The notes beneath the pieces were generated by a model that did no database searches, was not told the DNA's origin, and saw nothing but the letters and a program-made list of their open reading frames with translations. Shown here one piece after another: positions 20,503 through 31,185 of a DNA stretch of 64,000 bases. This DNA is from an uncultured Chloroflexia bacterium (GTDB lineage: Bacteria; Chloroflexota; Limnocylindria; Limnocylindrales; CSP1-4), in NCBI GenBank assembly GCA_963790915.1, contig CAWBQS010000003.1, positions 856,304 to 920,303 of the forward strand. The letters run 5' to 3'. The position numbers were made by a program, and so were the translations under genes. Every line of letters starts with the position of its first letter. Within the stretch, counting starts at the first letter, position 1.

Positions 20503-22020
20503 ATGGCTAGTGCCCCGCTCCCCGCCAAGCTCGAGGCGATCAGCGGGCGCACGGTCCGTCGCTACGTGCGCGTCTCCTCTCTCGAGCAGGGCTGGAAGTA
20601 CGGGCCGGACGGCCAGAACCTGACCATCGACGAGGTCATCGCGCGCACCGGCCTCCGCGAGGTCGGCCCACCCTTCGTCGACGAGCAGTCGGCCTGGCGC
20701 CGCTCGGAGGAGCGCCCCGCACTGCAGGCCCTGCTGGCAGCCGCGCGGGAGGGTCGCTACGAGGTCCTCGCCGTCGCCTACTTCAGTCGCTGGAGCCGGG
20801 ACGCCGAGGTCGCGCTGCGCATCCGGCGCGAGTTGCACGCCGCCGGCGTGACGCTCCTCTTCGCCGACGAGGGCTTCCTGTCCTCTGACGAGGACGCCCA
20901 TGAGCGGTACCTCGACGAGGCGGTCGCCGCCGAGAAGTTCAGCCATCGGCTGAGTCGCACGATCAAGCGCACCTATTCGGCCAAGTTCGAGCGCTACGGC
21001 GACCAGGCTGGCTCACCGGGCCTGGGCTTCATGCGTACGCCCCAGCCGGAGGCCAGGCTGGCCATCGACCCGGCGACGATGCCGCGCGTGGTCGCGCTCT
21101 TCGAGCGCTACGCGCAGGGCGACGTCAGCTACCGTGCCCTGGCCCGTGAGACCGGCGTCCGCGAGGGCGCCCTGCGGGCCATCCTCACGAACCCGCTCTA
21201 CAACGGGTGGGCGGTCCGCGACCGCCGGTCGCGCAACGAGCGCCGTGCCGCCGCGCCATGGCGTGCGGACCCACCGGTCACTGACCACCTCTGGGCGCGG
21301 GTCGCCGAGGTCCGGGCACAGCGCGTCAAGACGGCAGGGCGCCAACACCCAAAGCGAGTCCACATGCTTGCCAAGCGCATGTTCTGCACGTGCGGCCGGG
21401 CCGTGAGCGCAGACACGCTCACCAAGCGCGCAGGCCCGTACCGGCGCTATCGGCACGAGGACTGCCAGCGCTGGCCGCAGATGAGCTACAAAGCCGCTGT
21501 CTTCGAGGCGCCCATCGCCGCACAGGTCAGCGGTATCCGACTGACCGCGGACGTGCTTCGCCGCATCCGGAAGCTGGCTGCCGCGCCGGCGATCCCGGAC
21601 CTCTCATCCCGGCGCGATGTCCTCGAGCGCGAGCTGGCGCGGAAGGCGGCCGCGCACGCGTCACGGACGATCACGACCGAGGCCTACCTCGCGGAGCATG
21701 AGCGCATCAGCCGCCTCATCGACGGGTTGGCGGACGCGCCGCCGACCGCCAGCGGGATCGACCCGGACCGAGCCATCGCGCGCTTGGCCGACCTCAAGGA
21801 CGCTTGGGCCAGGGCCGACGAGGGCGCGCGGGCGAAGCTCGTGGGTGCGATCTACCGCCGCATCATCGTCGAGGGCAGCGACTTCGTCGGCGTGGAGCTG
21901 ACGGAGGAGGCCAAGGCCATGGGGCTGGCAGTCGCACTGCCCCAGAGTGTGGCTTTGGCGCGCCCGGCGGGACTCGAACCCACGACCTTCTGCTCCGGAG
22001 GCAGACGCTCTATCCGCTGA
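20503..22020 (+). CDS. Large serine recombinase (integrase)
   Basis: RYVRVSS catalytic motif, YFSRWSRD, ILTNPLYNG recombinase domain, CTCG zinc ribbon, coiled coil; RBS AGGAG (ORF extends upstream to 20353). Confidence 0.92.
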   Translation: MASAPLPAKLEAISGRTVRRYVRVSSLEQGWKYGPDGQNLTIDEVIARTGLREVGPPFVDEQSAWRRSEERPALQALLAAAREGRYEVLAVAYFSRWSRDAEVALRIRRELHAAGVTLLFADEGFLSSDEDAHERYLDEAVAAEKFSHRLSRTIKRTYSAKFERYGDQAGSPGLGFMRTPQPEARLAIDPATMPRVVALFERYAQGDVSYRALARETGVREGALRAILTNPLYNGWAVRDRRSRNERRAAAPWRADPPVTDHLWARVAEVRAQRVKTAGRQHPKRVHMLAKRMFCTCGRAVSADTLTKRAGPYRRYRHEDCQRWPQMSYKAAVFEAPIAAQVSGIRLTADVLRRIRKLAAAPAIPDLSSRRDVLERELARKAAAHASRTITTEAYLAEHERISRLIDGLADAPPTASGIDPDRAIARLADLKDAWARADEGARAKLVGAIYRRIIVEGSDFVGVELTEEAKAMGLAVALPQSVALARPAGLEPTTFCSGGRRSIR

Positions 22021-22031
22021 GCTACGGGCGC
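21956..22031 (-). tRNA. tRNA-Arg(CCG)
   Basis: GCGCCCGTAGCTCAGCGGATAGAGCGTCTGCCTCCGGAGCAGAAGGTCGTGGGTTCGAGTCCCGCCGGGCGCGCCA. Confidence 0.97.
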
Positions 22032-22140
22032 CCTGGTCGGCGCGGCGACGCTGCTGAAGTCTCGCGGTCGGATGCCCGGCCGTCAAATGGCGCCCATCCC
22101 CACGTGGCGCCCGGCCGGCAGGTGGCGCCCGGCAGGGGGG

Positions 22141-22650
22141 TCAGTCGGCCGGTTCGGTGACCACGACGTCCGCGACCATCAGCGGGTGCACGGCACAGAA
22201 ATACTCGAAGGTGCCTGGCGTGTCGTAGGTCCGGCGGTACTCCATGCCGGTGGTCATGACGCCGGAGTTGTACGACGCGTCGCGTGCGGTTACCGTGTGG
22301 ACGGGCCCGTCTTCGTTGACCCAGCGCACGGTCGTGCCAGGCGCCACGGTCAGCGTGGCCGGCATGTAGTCCATAGAGTCGATGGTGACCGTGATCTCGG
22401 CGACGCTCACCGGGCTCACGCCGGGGCTTGCGCTGGCGTTCGGACTGGCGCCTGGATCGGGTGTCGTTCCCAAGGTCGGGCTGGGCGACGGGATCGCCGA
22501 TGGGCTGGCCGTCATGGGCGCCGCATCCAGGGTGCTCATCACCGGCGCAGCCGCGATGACACCGGTCGCGGCCAGCAGGCCCGAGCCGAGCAGGAGGACA
22601 GCAGCGAGAGGGAGGTCTGTCGTCTCATGCGCGGAATTCAAGCACGCCAT
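22141..22650 (-). CDS. Plastocyanin/amicyanin-like cupredoxin
   Basis: WVNEDGPVHTVT...YFCAVHPLM; start uncertain. Confidence 0.85.
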   Translation of the reverse strand: MACLNSAHETTDLPLAAVLLLGSGLLAATGVIAAAPVMSTLDAAPMTASPSAIPSPSPTLGTTPDPGASPNASASPGVSPVSVAEITVTIDSMDYMPATLTVAPGTTVRWVNEDGPVHTVTARDASYNSGVMTTGMEYRRTYDTPGTFEYFCAVHPLMVADVVVTEPAD

Positions 22651-22763
22651 GCGAAAGGGTGTTGGCAGGGAGGATGACGTGGTCGCGCGATCGACCGTCT
22701 TCCGCCGGCGGCGTAAACGCGTCAGCGGGCCTGCGGCCTGCTGCAAGGCGCTAGAGTCTCGCC

Positions 22764-24170
22764 ATGGATCGCCCCGACCCCGCCGCCGTGCGCGTCGAGA
22801 CCGACACGATGGGTGCCATCGACGTGCCGGCAGGCCGCTACTGGGGCGCGCAGACGCAACGCTCCCTGCACCACTTCGCGATCGGCGATCCGCAGGCTGA
22901 GCGCATGCCCATCGAGATTGTGCACGCCATGGGCCTGCTCAAGCGCGCGTGCGCGGAGGTGAACCTGGGGGCTGGGCGCCTGGACGCGGCCGTCGGGCCG
23001 CTCATCGTGCGCGCTGCGGAGGAGGTCGCCAGCGGCTCGCTGGACGAGCACTTCCCGCTCTACATCTGGCAGACGGGCTCCGGCACACAGAGCAACATGA
23101 ACGCGAACGAGGTCATCGGCAACCGAGCCATCGAACTGGCCGGCGGCGTCCTCGGCAGCAAGCACCCAGTGCATCCCAACGACCACGTCAACATGGGCCA
23201 GTCGTCCAACGACACGTATCCGACGGCCATGCACGTGGCCATCGCCTCGCTCATCTCGGCCAGCCTGATGCCGGCCGTCGCCCAGCTGCGGGACAGCCTG
23301 GCCGCCCGGGCGCGCGAGTTCGCCACGATCGTGAAGATCGGACGGACGCACCTCCAGGACGCCGTGCCGCTGACGCTCGGCCAGGAGTTCGGTGGGTACG
23401 TCGCGCAGCTCGATGCCGACCTGGAGCGATTGCACCTGGTCATGCCGGGCCTCATGGAGCTGGCCATCGGCGGCACGGCCGTGGGCACCGGACTGAACGC
23501 CCCGCCCGGCTTCGGGGAGGCGGTCGCGGCACGCCTGGCCGACCTCTCGGGGCTGCCCTTCGTCAGCGCGCCGGACAAGTTCGCGGCGCTGGCGGCCCAT
23601 GACGCCGTGGTCTTCGCCAGCGGCGCCATCGCCACGCTTGCCGTCAGCCTCATGAAGATCGCCAACGACCTGCGCTGGCTGGGAAGCGGCCCGCGCGCGG
23701 GGCTGGGTGAGCTGTCGCTGCCGGAGAACGAGCCGGGCTCGTCGATCATGCCCGGCAAGGTCAACCCGACGCAGGCGGAGGCCATGACGATGGTGGCCGT
23801 CCAGGTCTTCGGCAACCATGCGACGGTCACCTTCGCCGGGTCGCAGGGCAACTTCGAGCTCAATGTCTTCAAGCCGGTCATGGCGGCCAACGTGCTGCGA
23901 TCCACGCGCCTGCTCGCCGATGCGTGCGACAGCTTCCGCGAGTTCGCCGTGGACGGCCTGGTGGCCAACCGCGAGCGCATCGGGGAGCACGTCTCGCGCT
24001 CGCTCATGCTGGTCACCGCCCTCAGCCCCAGGATCGGCTACGACCGCGCCTCCGAGGTGGCCAAGAAGGCGCACCATGAGGGCACCACGCTTCGTGAAGC
24101 GGCCCTGGCACTGGGCTACGTCACGTCCGACGAGTTCGACGACCTGGTGCGCCCGGAACGCATGGTCTGA
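22764..24170 (+). CDS. fumC: Class II fumarate hydratase
   Basis: [25 protein letters not shown] signature. Confidence 0.97.
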   Translation: MDRPDPAAVRVETDTMGAIDVPAGRYWGAQTQRSLHHFAIGDPQAERMPIEIVHAMGLLKRACAEVNLGAGRLDAAVGPLIVRAAEEVASGSLDEHFPLYIWQTGSGTQSNMNANEVIGNRAIELAGGVLGSKHPVHPNDHVNMGQSSNDTYPTAMHVAIASLISASLMPAVAQLRDSLAARAREFATIVKIGRTHLQDAVPLTLGQEFGGYVAQLDADLERLHLVMPGLMELAIGGTAVGTGLNAPPGFGEAVAARLADLSGLPFVSAPDKFAALAAHDAVVFASGAIATLAVSLMKIANDLRWLGSGPRAGLGELSLPENEPGSSIMPGKVNPTQAEAMTMVAVQVFGNHATVTFAGSQGNFELNVFKPVMAANVLRSTRLLADACDSFREFAVDGLVANRERIGEHVSRSLMLVTALSPRIGYDRASEVAKKAHHEGTTLREAALALGYVTSDEFDDLVRPERMV

Positions 24171-24203
24171 CGGCCGTGCCCGGCTCGGCGCCGGTGCGCA
24201 GAC

Positions 24204-24429
24204 GGTCTTGCCGCCAGAAGTTAGGCGACCCCGCCGAAGCGGGGTCGCTTGAACTGTCCCGGCTGATCGAGAGCGAACTCCCGATCTTCTGCCACGTCGC
24301 AAGGGCATCTATGACGCCGGCTTCACCGGCTACCCTAACCCAGCCTACCCATGACCTTGCGCCTAGGTCAGTACGTGCTGTAACAGCACGCCCTGAAGGG
24401 TACGGCAGCGCGCCGCCAAACTCAAGACC
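24204..24429 (-). ncRNA. Candidate structured RNA of unknown family
   Basis: Lower-GC intergenic segment enclosed by GGTCTTG/CAAGACC; at least five internal hairpins, two with UUCG loops on the minus strand. Confidence 0.45.
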
Positions 24430-24542
24430 AATGTGCAGGCTGGATGGTTGAAGATTTCGTAACCAATCGCCGGCCGGTGCTACGTTCGGGTCGAGCACGA
24501 ACCAGCCCGGCCGTTGGCCGATCGACCGCTGCCGCATGAGCC

Positions 24543-25260
24543 TCAGCCCGCGGCCCTGACGGCCTCCGCGAGGTCGATGCGCCCCGTGAAGATGGCCTCG
24601 CCCAGGATGACGCCCGCCACGCCGGCGTCACGCAGGCTTCGCAGATCGTCCAGGCTGCCCACACCGCCTGCCACCAGGATCTTCCGCTCCGAGCCCGCCG
24701 GCACGGTCGCCTGCCAGCCGCGTGGCCAGCTCCCTGGCCGTGGTCGCCACCACATGGGAAAGCACGAAGCGGTGCACGCCCGCTCCGGCGAGCTCCCGCA
24801 CAAGCGCCTCCAGGCTCGGGGCGGACCGCCGCTGCCAGGGATAGTCGCGCAGGCTCTCCGGTCGGGCATCGAGACCGACCGCCAGCCAGTCGCCCCCGAT
24901 GCGCAGACAGGCCGCCAGCCGCTCGGCGTCCTCGGCCACCGACCAGAGGGGCAGCACCACCCGCGTCGCTCCGGCGGCGAACGCCAGTTCCACCTGCTCC
25001 GGGCCGTCGATGCCGCCGGCGACCTGCAGGGGACACGCCACGGCGCGAGCCACGGCCGCGATGGCCTCCACGTTGGCCGGCCGGCCCTGTCGCGCGCCGT
25101 CGAGATCGACGAGGTGGATGAGCGGTGCGCCCTGCGCCACCAGCGCCTCGGCGATGGCCGCCGGCCGGTCCGTGGGCGTGCCGGAACCGCTGGAGGCTCC
25201 CGGCCACCAGACGAGCCGCGAGCGACCGGCTCGCAGGTCGAGGCTGGGGATGATCAGCAC
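24543..25260 (-). CDS. HisA-like TIM-barrel protein, frameshift near 24690
   Basis: IIPSLDL, IHLVDLDGA, LQVAGGI, VGLDAR; C-terminus ILVAGGVGSLDDL...GEAIF. Confidence 0.8.
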
Positions 25261-25365
25261 GTCCGGCGCGCCCGATGCACCCGACGCCGCGGCAGTCGCG
25301 TGATGCTGCGCCGCCCGGCGCCTGCCAGGCGACGGACGGACGCCGCCGGCTGCGTCACCGGGATG

Positions 25366-27096
25366 TCACCCCGCTCCAGCCAGGACCCCGGGCAGGGTCG
25401 GCCCGCCACCCTCGCCGGCCAGGAGTCGGCGATGGAACGAGATGGGCAGGCTCCCCGAGTAGAGGAGCGCATCGTGGAAGCGCCGCAGCGAGAAGTCGGG
25501 CCCCAGGCGTGCCTGCTCGTCGGCGCGCAGGCGCAGGAGCAGCACCTTGCCCAGCAGGTACGAGAGGTTGTAGCCCGGCGTCATCGTGTAGCGATGGACC
25601 TCCGCGCGCGCCACCGGTCGTTCGAAGCGGGTGTGCTCGACGAGGAAGTCGATGGCCTCCTCGACGCCGATCTCGCCGCGGTGCAGGCGGATGTCGAGGA
25701 CGATGCGGGCAGCGCGCCAGATGGCATCGGTGGCCACGATGACCCGCCGCGCTGGCGTGTCCTCGAAGCCGGCCTCCAGCATCATCTCCTCGCAGTACAT
25801 GCCCCATCCCTCGTGGAACTCGGGCGCTTCCGACAGCAGCCTGGCCGGCGTCGCTGAGATCAGCGCGGCCGAGAACTGGAGGTGGTGCCCCGGGTAGGCC
25901 TCGTGGACGCTGGTGTTCACGATGGAGGCCCAGTTGTGCTCGAGCATCGCCCGCGGGTCGCCATCCACGGACGGCGTGACGATGTAGACGCCACGGAGCG
26001 GGCGGTCGAAGGCGGCCGGCTCGAAGTACGCTGCGAGAGGCACGAGGCTGCGCATGTGCACGGGCGTGGCTCGGACGTCGATGGCGTCGCCGGGCGGCAG
26101 CGTGACGAGGCCGCGCTCAGCGATGAAGGCCCGGGCCCGCAGCATGGCCTCCCGGTAGCCAACCAGGGCCGCCTCGAAGTCGGCCGGACCGTCCGACTTG
26201 ACGCGGTCGACCGCCTCCATCTCCGACAGCGAGGGGTCGATGGCACGGCCCGCCTCGGCGCGGCGCTCGTGCCAGGCGTCGAGCTGCTGCCAGCCGATGG
26301 CCAGGATGTCATCGGTGGCCAGGCCATCGAAGGCGCGCAGGGTCATGAGTCGATCGAAGGCTTCGCGACCGAGTGCCATGTCGTCGGTGGCTCGCCCCGA
26401 CTGGGACTCGATCCAGGCGGTGTAGTCGAAGATCGCATCGCGCGTCGCGCGCGCCGCCGACTCCAGGCGTCGCAGCCGGGGGCTTCCCGCCGGCCAGATC
26501 TCACGCGCCGTCGTGACGACTTCGTGGACGAGCACCGGCAGGTCGGCGGCGGCCCCGACCTCCAGCTCGTTCCAGAGCCGCACGGGTCGCTCCCCGAGGC
26601 GATCACGGACCTGGCGGAACGCGAGCGGGGCGCCCTCAAGGCGCTGGGTCATGGATTCGAGGCGCTCCTCGAGTGGAGCGAAGTCGCGAGCCAGCAGCAG
26701 GAAGAGGCCATCCCCGATCTCGTCGCTCGCGGAGACGCGTCGCTGCCAGGTGCGCACGACCTCCGCCTCGAAGAGCCGCAGGCGGGCGCTGTGCAGCGAA
26801 ACGTCGCGCTCGAAGCGCGGACGTGCGGACAGCTGCCCCGGGTCGAAGGCCTCCATGGCGCTGATGAAACGACCTTCGGCGGCCATGTCCGCCTCCTTGG
26901 CGGCGCGGCTCAGGTCCGCCAGGCGGCCATCGTGCGCATGGATGCCCAGGTACGTGGCGTAGCCCGGCCACGTCTCCATGATCGCGTCGAAGCGCGACGC
27001 GATGAGCTCGGCGAGGGCGGCATCAGCCGCGCCCGGTGGTTCGTCGCGTCCCAGGGCCGGACCCGCGCCCGCGGCGGGCCGCTGATCGGACATCAT
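25366..27096 (-). CDS. DUF885 family metallopeptidase-like protein
   Basis: HEAYPGHHLQ, FHEGWGMYCE, RAARIVLDIRLH, SYLLG. Confidence 0.92.
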   Translation of the reverse strand: MMSDQRPAAGAGPALGRDEPPGAADAALAELIASRFDAIMETWPGYATYLGIHAHDGRLADLSRAAKEADMAAEGRFISAMEAFDPGQLSARPRFERDVSLHSARLRLFEAEVVRTWQRRVSASDEIGDGLFLLLARDFAPLEERLESMTQRLEGAPLAFRQVRDRLGERPVRLWNELEVGAAADLPVLVHEVVTTAREIWPAGSPRLRRLESAARATRDAIFDYTAWIESQSGRATDDMALGREAFDRLMTLRAFDGLATDDILAIGWQQLDAWHERRAEAGRAIDPSLSEMEAVDRVKSDGPADFEAALVGYREAMLRARAFIAERGLVTLPPGDAIDVRATPVHMRSLVPLAAYFEPAAFDRPLRGVYIVTPSVDGDPRAMLEHNWASIVNTSVHEAYPGHHLQFSAALISATPARLLSEAPEFHEGWGMYCEEMMLEAGFEDTPARRVIVATDAIWRAARIVLDIRLHRGEIGVEEAIDFLVEHTRFERPVARAEVHRYTMTPGYNLSYLLGKVLLLRLRADEQARLGPDFSLRRFHDALLYSGSLPISFHRRLLAGEGGGPTLPGVLAGAG

Positions 27097-27118
27097 CGCC
27101 TCCTTCGGAGCCTGGGTC

Positions 27119-28216
27119 CTATGCGTGCAGCGGCGCCAGTCCGGCGGCCTCGAGGGCCTCACGGGCGGTCACCACGGCACGCTCGATATCGACGGCCTCG
27201 ATGCCGTAGTGCGTCAGGGCGCGGACCTGGCCGTGGTTGAACTCGATGGGCTCCACGCCGCGCAGCCTCCACTCCGCCAGGAAGGCGGCTCGGGCCTGCA
27301 GAGCCGACTGCCCGGCCCGTGGCTGCACGGAGAAGAGGACGTAATTGGTGCGCACACGGGCCGGGTCCAGGCCCGTGATGCCCCGCAGACCCGCCAGGCC
27401 CTCGGCCAAACGTCGAGCGTTGCGGTGATCCTCGGCCAGGCGCTCGACCATGCCCGCCGACCCGTCCTGCAGGGCGACGAGGCCGGCCGCGGCGAGGATG
27501 CCCGCCTGGCGCATGCCGCCGCCGACGAGTTTGCGCGCCCGGCGGGCGCGCCTGATGAAGTCCTCGGAGCCCACGACCAGCGAACCCACGGGGCAGGAAA
27601 GGCCTTTCGACAGGCAGAAGGTGGCGCTGTCCACGTCAGCCAGGAGCTCGCTTGCCGGCGTGCCGAGGGCGACGACGGCATTCCAGAAGCGCGCCCCGTC
27701 GACGTGGACGGGGACGCCGTGTTCGTGAGCCAGGGCCGCCACGTCGCTCATGTAGGCCGCCGGGAGCGGCTGGCCCATGCTCATGGCGTTGGTGTTCTCG
27801 ACCATGACCAGCGCCGTGAAGGCCAAGTGCGGGTCGTCCGATCCGTGGATGGCCTCACGGATGGCGTCGAGCGCCATCCTGCCGTCCGGTCCGGTGGGCA
27901 CCTGCGCGACACTGGCGCCGGTGACGACGGCATGGCCGCCGGCCTCGTCGATGACGACGTGCGACTCCGCGGCCGCCACGATCTCGCCGCCGCGCGCCAC
28001 GTGGGCCATGTGGGAGACGAGGTTGCCCATCGTGCCGCTGGCCACGAAGAGGCCGGCCTCCTTGCCGGTCAGCTCCGCGGCACGTTCCTGCAAGGCGTTG
28101 ACGGTGGGGTCGTCGCCGAAGACGTCGTCGCCGACCTCGGCTTCGGCCATGGCGCGGCGCATCTCCGGCGTGGGCCGGGTGACCGTATCGGATCGAAGGT
28201 CGATGAAGCTGGGCAT
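27119..28216 (-). CDS. ltaE: Low-specificity L-threonine aldolase
   Basis: [27 protein letters not shown]. Confidence 0.9.
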   Translation of the reverse strand: MPSFIDLRSDTVTRPTPEMRRAMAEAEVGDDVFGDDPTVNALQERAAELTGKEAGLFVASGTMGNLVSHMAHVARGGEIVAAAESHVVIDEAGGHAVVTGASVAQVPTGPDGRMALDAIREAIHGSDDPHLAFTALVMVENTNAMSMGQPLPAAYMSDVAALAHEHGVPVHVDGARFWNAVVALGTPASELLADVDSATFCLSKGLSCPVGSLVVGSEDFIRRARRARKLVGGGMRQAGILAAAGLVALQDGSAGMVERLAEDHRNARRLAEGLAGLRGITGLDPARVRTNYVLFSVQPRAGQSALQARAAFLAEWRLRGVEPIEFNHGQVRALTHYGIEAVDIERAVVTAREALEAAGLAPLHA

Positions 28217-28284
28217 GCCGCCGAGCATAGGCGACGCGGCTCGCCGACGTGTCGACTCACTCCCTGCTACTCTGCGTCCCTGCG

Positions 28285-28361
28285 GGACCCGTGGTGTAGC
28301 GGCCCAACATGCCAGCCTGTCACGCTGGAGATCGCCGGTTCGAATCCGGTCGGGTCCGCCA
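28285..28361 (+). tRNA. tRNA-Asp(GTC)
   Basis: GGACCCGTGGTGTAGCGGCCCAACATGCCAGCCTGTCACGCTGGAGATCGCCGGTTCGAATCCGGTCGGGTCCGCCA. Confidence 0.97.
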
Positions 28362-28424
28362 GTCCGCCTTCGCAGCCCCTGGTCCGATCGTCGTGCGGAC
28401 CGGCAGCAGGGAGGCTCCAGTCCG

Positions 28425-30306
28425 GTGAGCGACGCCAGCAACGACACCCGCGCGCGCCTCGCCTCGCGACTCCTCGTCGTGGCCCTGGGCAGCCTCTTCT
28501 TCCTCGGTCTCGGCGGCTTCGTGGTCTCCGTGCTCGATGCCCGCGAACGCTCGGGCACGCCGGCGCCGCCATCGCTGCCTGCCATGACAGATGCCTCGGC
28601 CTCCCCGAGGGGGCGCCCTGTCCGTGGCGCCGGCTGCCACCGCGGTCGCCCTGTCAGCCCCCACGCCGACGCCACCGCCCACGGTCACGCCCGTTCCGCA
28701 GGGCGCGGAGCCGGTCCTGCTGGTGGCCCTCATCGAGCCGCGTCCAGCACCGAACGCCGCCGCTCCCGCCGCCGCCCCGGCCGCCACACCATCGCCCAGC
28801 CCGGCTGGCGCGGGCGGTCCCGCTGGCACGAGCGACCCCGCGGCCGCCACACCCTCGCCGTCCGGGTCGACCTCGCCGGCAGCGTCGGGCTCGGCCGCGC
28901 CGCTCCTCGAGCAGGAGGTCCCGGTCGTGCCCGTGGCCGGCTTCTGGTCGAACAAGGAGGGGCTGGGCCGCCGCGAGCTGCTGCGGGCCCTCGAGAGTGG
29001 GTCCGCGGACGGCTACCGGCACGTCATCGTCGAGCAGCGTCTGGCCGATGCCCTGGTCGCAGCCGGCATCACGATCGGCGACGAGGTACGGCGCGGCGAC
29101 CTCGAGGACGTCGGCCGTGTCATCCGCAAGAAGGGCCTCGGCGTCGTGGCCGCCACGGACCTGGCGCCATCCATGCGCGCGCTCGCCATGGACGGCAAGC
29201 ACCTCGTCGGCAATGACCGTGTCCGCAAGGCCGATGCCTGGCCGCTGCGGGTCAGCATGGCGCTGCCGGAGGGGGAGGGCTGGGACCAGTCGAGCACCTG
29301 GACCCTCGTGGCCGGCGGCGACGCCTTCACCGACCGCGGCGTCTACGACACGGTCGTGCGGCGCGGCAAGGGCATCGACTTCCCCTTTGACGGCGGGACC
29401 GCCCGCGTCACCGGGCACGGCTGCTGTGACCCCGTCTACCACGCCAACGAGGTGCCGCGCTACGAGCTGACCGGCAACAAGGGCGCCGTGCGCAGACTCT
29501 TCTCGGGGGCCGACCTGGCCATCGCCAACCACGAGATGCCGGTCACTGAGGGATGGGGTTTCCACGGCTCCGGCTTCACCTTCTCCGGCAAGCCGGAGCT
29601 GACCGAGATCTTTCGTCGGGCCGGCATCGACTGGATGTCATTGGCCAACAATCACATCAAGGACTACGGCTCGGACGGCATCGCCGACAGTCGGCGCATC
29701 CTGCGCAAGTACGGCATCGCCTTCGGCGGTGCCGGGGAGGACCTCGAGCAGGCTCGCAGGATCAGCTACCTCGAGGCCGGGCCGGTCAGGCTGGCCATCA
29801 TCCCGTGCGTCGGGGTGGCGCCGTCGATCTGGGCGGAAGATGACCTCAGTGGCGCGACACCCTGCCTGGACCGCTACCTGGTGCGGGACATCAAGGAGGC
29901 GCGTCGCAATGCGGACGTCGTCATCGTCTTCCCGCACTGGGGCGTCGAGTACACGCGCCTGCCGCTGCTGTCCAGCCGCAAGCACGCTCTCAAGTGGGTA
30001 CGTGCCGGCGCGGACCTCGTGCTCGGCTCGCACAGCCACGTCGCCGGCGCCATCGAGGAGATCGAGGGCATCCCGGTGCTCTACTCGCTGGGCAACCTCG
30101 TCTTCGACCAGCGCTGGTCCACGAACACCATGGAGTCCATGCTCGTGGAGGCCACCTTCGAGGGCGATCGCCTCGTCGACCTGCACCTGCGGCCGTACAT
30201 CGTCCACGACATGGCCCAGCCCAACCTCCTCGACGAGGGCACGGGTGAGGGCCGGCGCCTGCGGGCCCAGGTCAGGTCCGCCTCGACCGGGCTGCTCGAC
30301 TGGTAG
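28425..30306 (+). CDS. CapA/PgsA-family metallophosphoesterase-fold protein, frameshift near 28620
   Basis: [40 protein letters not shown]; N-terminal TM in a shifted frame. Confidence 0.88.
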
Positions 30307-30339
30307 CCGCCGCCCACGCCGGTCGTCGGACGGCCGACC

Positions 30340-31185
30340 TTATGCCAGGCCCGCCTCGCGGGCCGTGGGCCACAGCGAGAGATCCAGTCCGGGTATCAGG
30401 TCGGGCAGCTGCGCCAGGTCGGGCGCATAGCCGTCCAGCAGGGCACGCCGCAGTGACGGGCCGATCTCGAACGGTGGGCCCGTGGTCGGGTTGACCTCGC
30501 CCCGGAATGCGCTGCTGTCCGGCTCGAACGGGGCCAGGCCCAGGAAGGCGTAGGTACGCGCCAGCTCGCGGGCAGGCGCGGCACGACAGGCCTCGTACTG
30601 GCCGATGAAGACCTGTTCGGCCGGGAATGCCGCCAGCACGCGGCGCAGCTGCGGAGCGTAGAGGCCGCGCTGGAACGCGGCCTGGATGTCGCCCTCGTCG
30701 AGTGGTGCCCGCGAGGTCGCCAGCTGGTGGCGCAGCCCGGAGCGGAGACGCGCAACCGGGTCCCGCAGGAGGATGAGGAGGCGCGCCTGGGGCGCCGCCC
30801 GCGCCAGCAGCCCGGGTGTCCAGAAGTCGATGAGGTAGCCGGGCGTCCACTCCCCGGCCACGCCCCCTTCCGGCCGCGGGAAGTAGCGGTGGTAGCGCGC
30901 GATGTCCGGATCGTCGAGGGGCTCCGCCCAGGCGCGGTCGAAGAAGTGCAGCTCCTTGGGCAGGCCCGCGGCGCGCACGACCGCCGGGTGACGGCCGATG
31001 AGCGCATCCCACCAGGAGGTGCCGGCCTTCTGCGCGCCCAGGCCCACGTACGTGGGCGGACCGGTGCGCCAGCCGGGCGGGCAGGCCGGGGGGTCCGGCG
31101 GGCCGGGCGGGCGCGGGCCACGCCAGCGCTGCCAGGCTCGCGAGCCGCGCGCCAGCAGACGGCGCGTCCGAGCCGGCGCGGTCAC
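30340..31185 (-). CDS. Sulfotransferase family protein
   Basis: GLGAQKAGTSW (PAPS 5'-binding), KELHFFD, LRDPVARLRS. Confidence 0.88.
   Translation of the reverse strand: MTAPARTRRLLARGSRAWQRWRGPRPPGPPDPPACPPGWRTGPPTYVGLGAQKAGTSWWDALIGRHPAVVRAAGLPKELHFFDRAWAEPLDDPDIARYHRYFPRPEGGVAGEWTPGYLIDFWTPGLLARAAPQARLLILLRDPVARLRSGLRHQLATSRAPLDEGDIQAAFQRGLYAPQLRRVLAAFPAEQVFIGQYEACRAAPARELARTYAFLGLAPFEPDSSAFRGEVNPTTGPPFEIGPSLRRALLDGYAPDLAQLPDLIPGLDLSLWPTAREAGLA

Noticed and set aside
24165-24226. Integron attC-like GTCTGAC...GTTAGGC
   Set aside because: No convincing internal palindrome, no integron integrase and no cassette array
24250-24310. Cobalamin riboswitch resemblance (ACTGTCCC...GCCAC)
   Set aside because: Lacks the AGGGAA and B12-box elements and has no downstream same-strand gene
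24331-24341. TACCCTAACCC telomerase-template-like tract implying a repeat-synthesising reverse transcriptase system
   Set aside because: Only about 11 nt, and no reverse transcriptase or product repeats in the window
28285-28361. tRNA-Asp as a second integration site
   Set aside because: No adjacent integrase or duplicated tRNA end; flanks look like core genes
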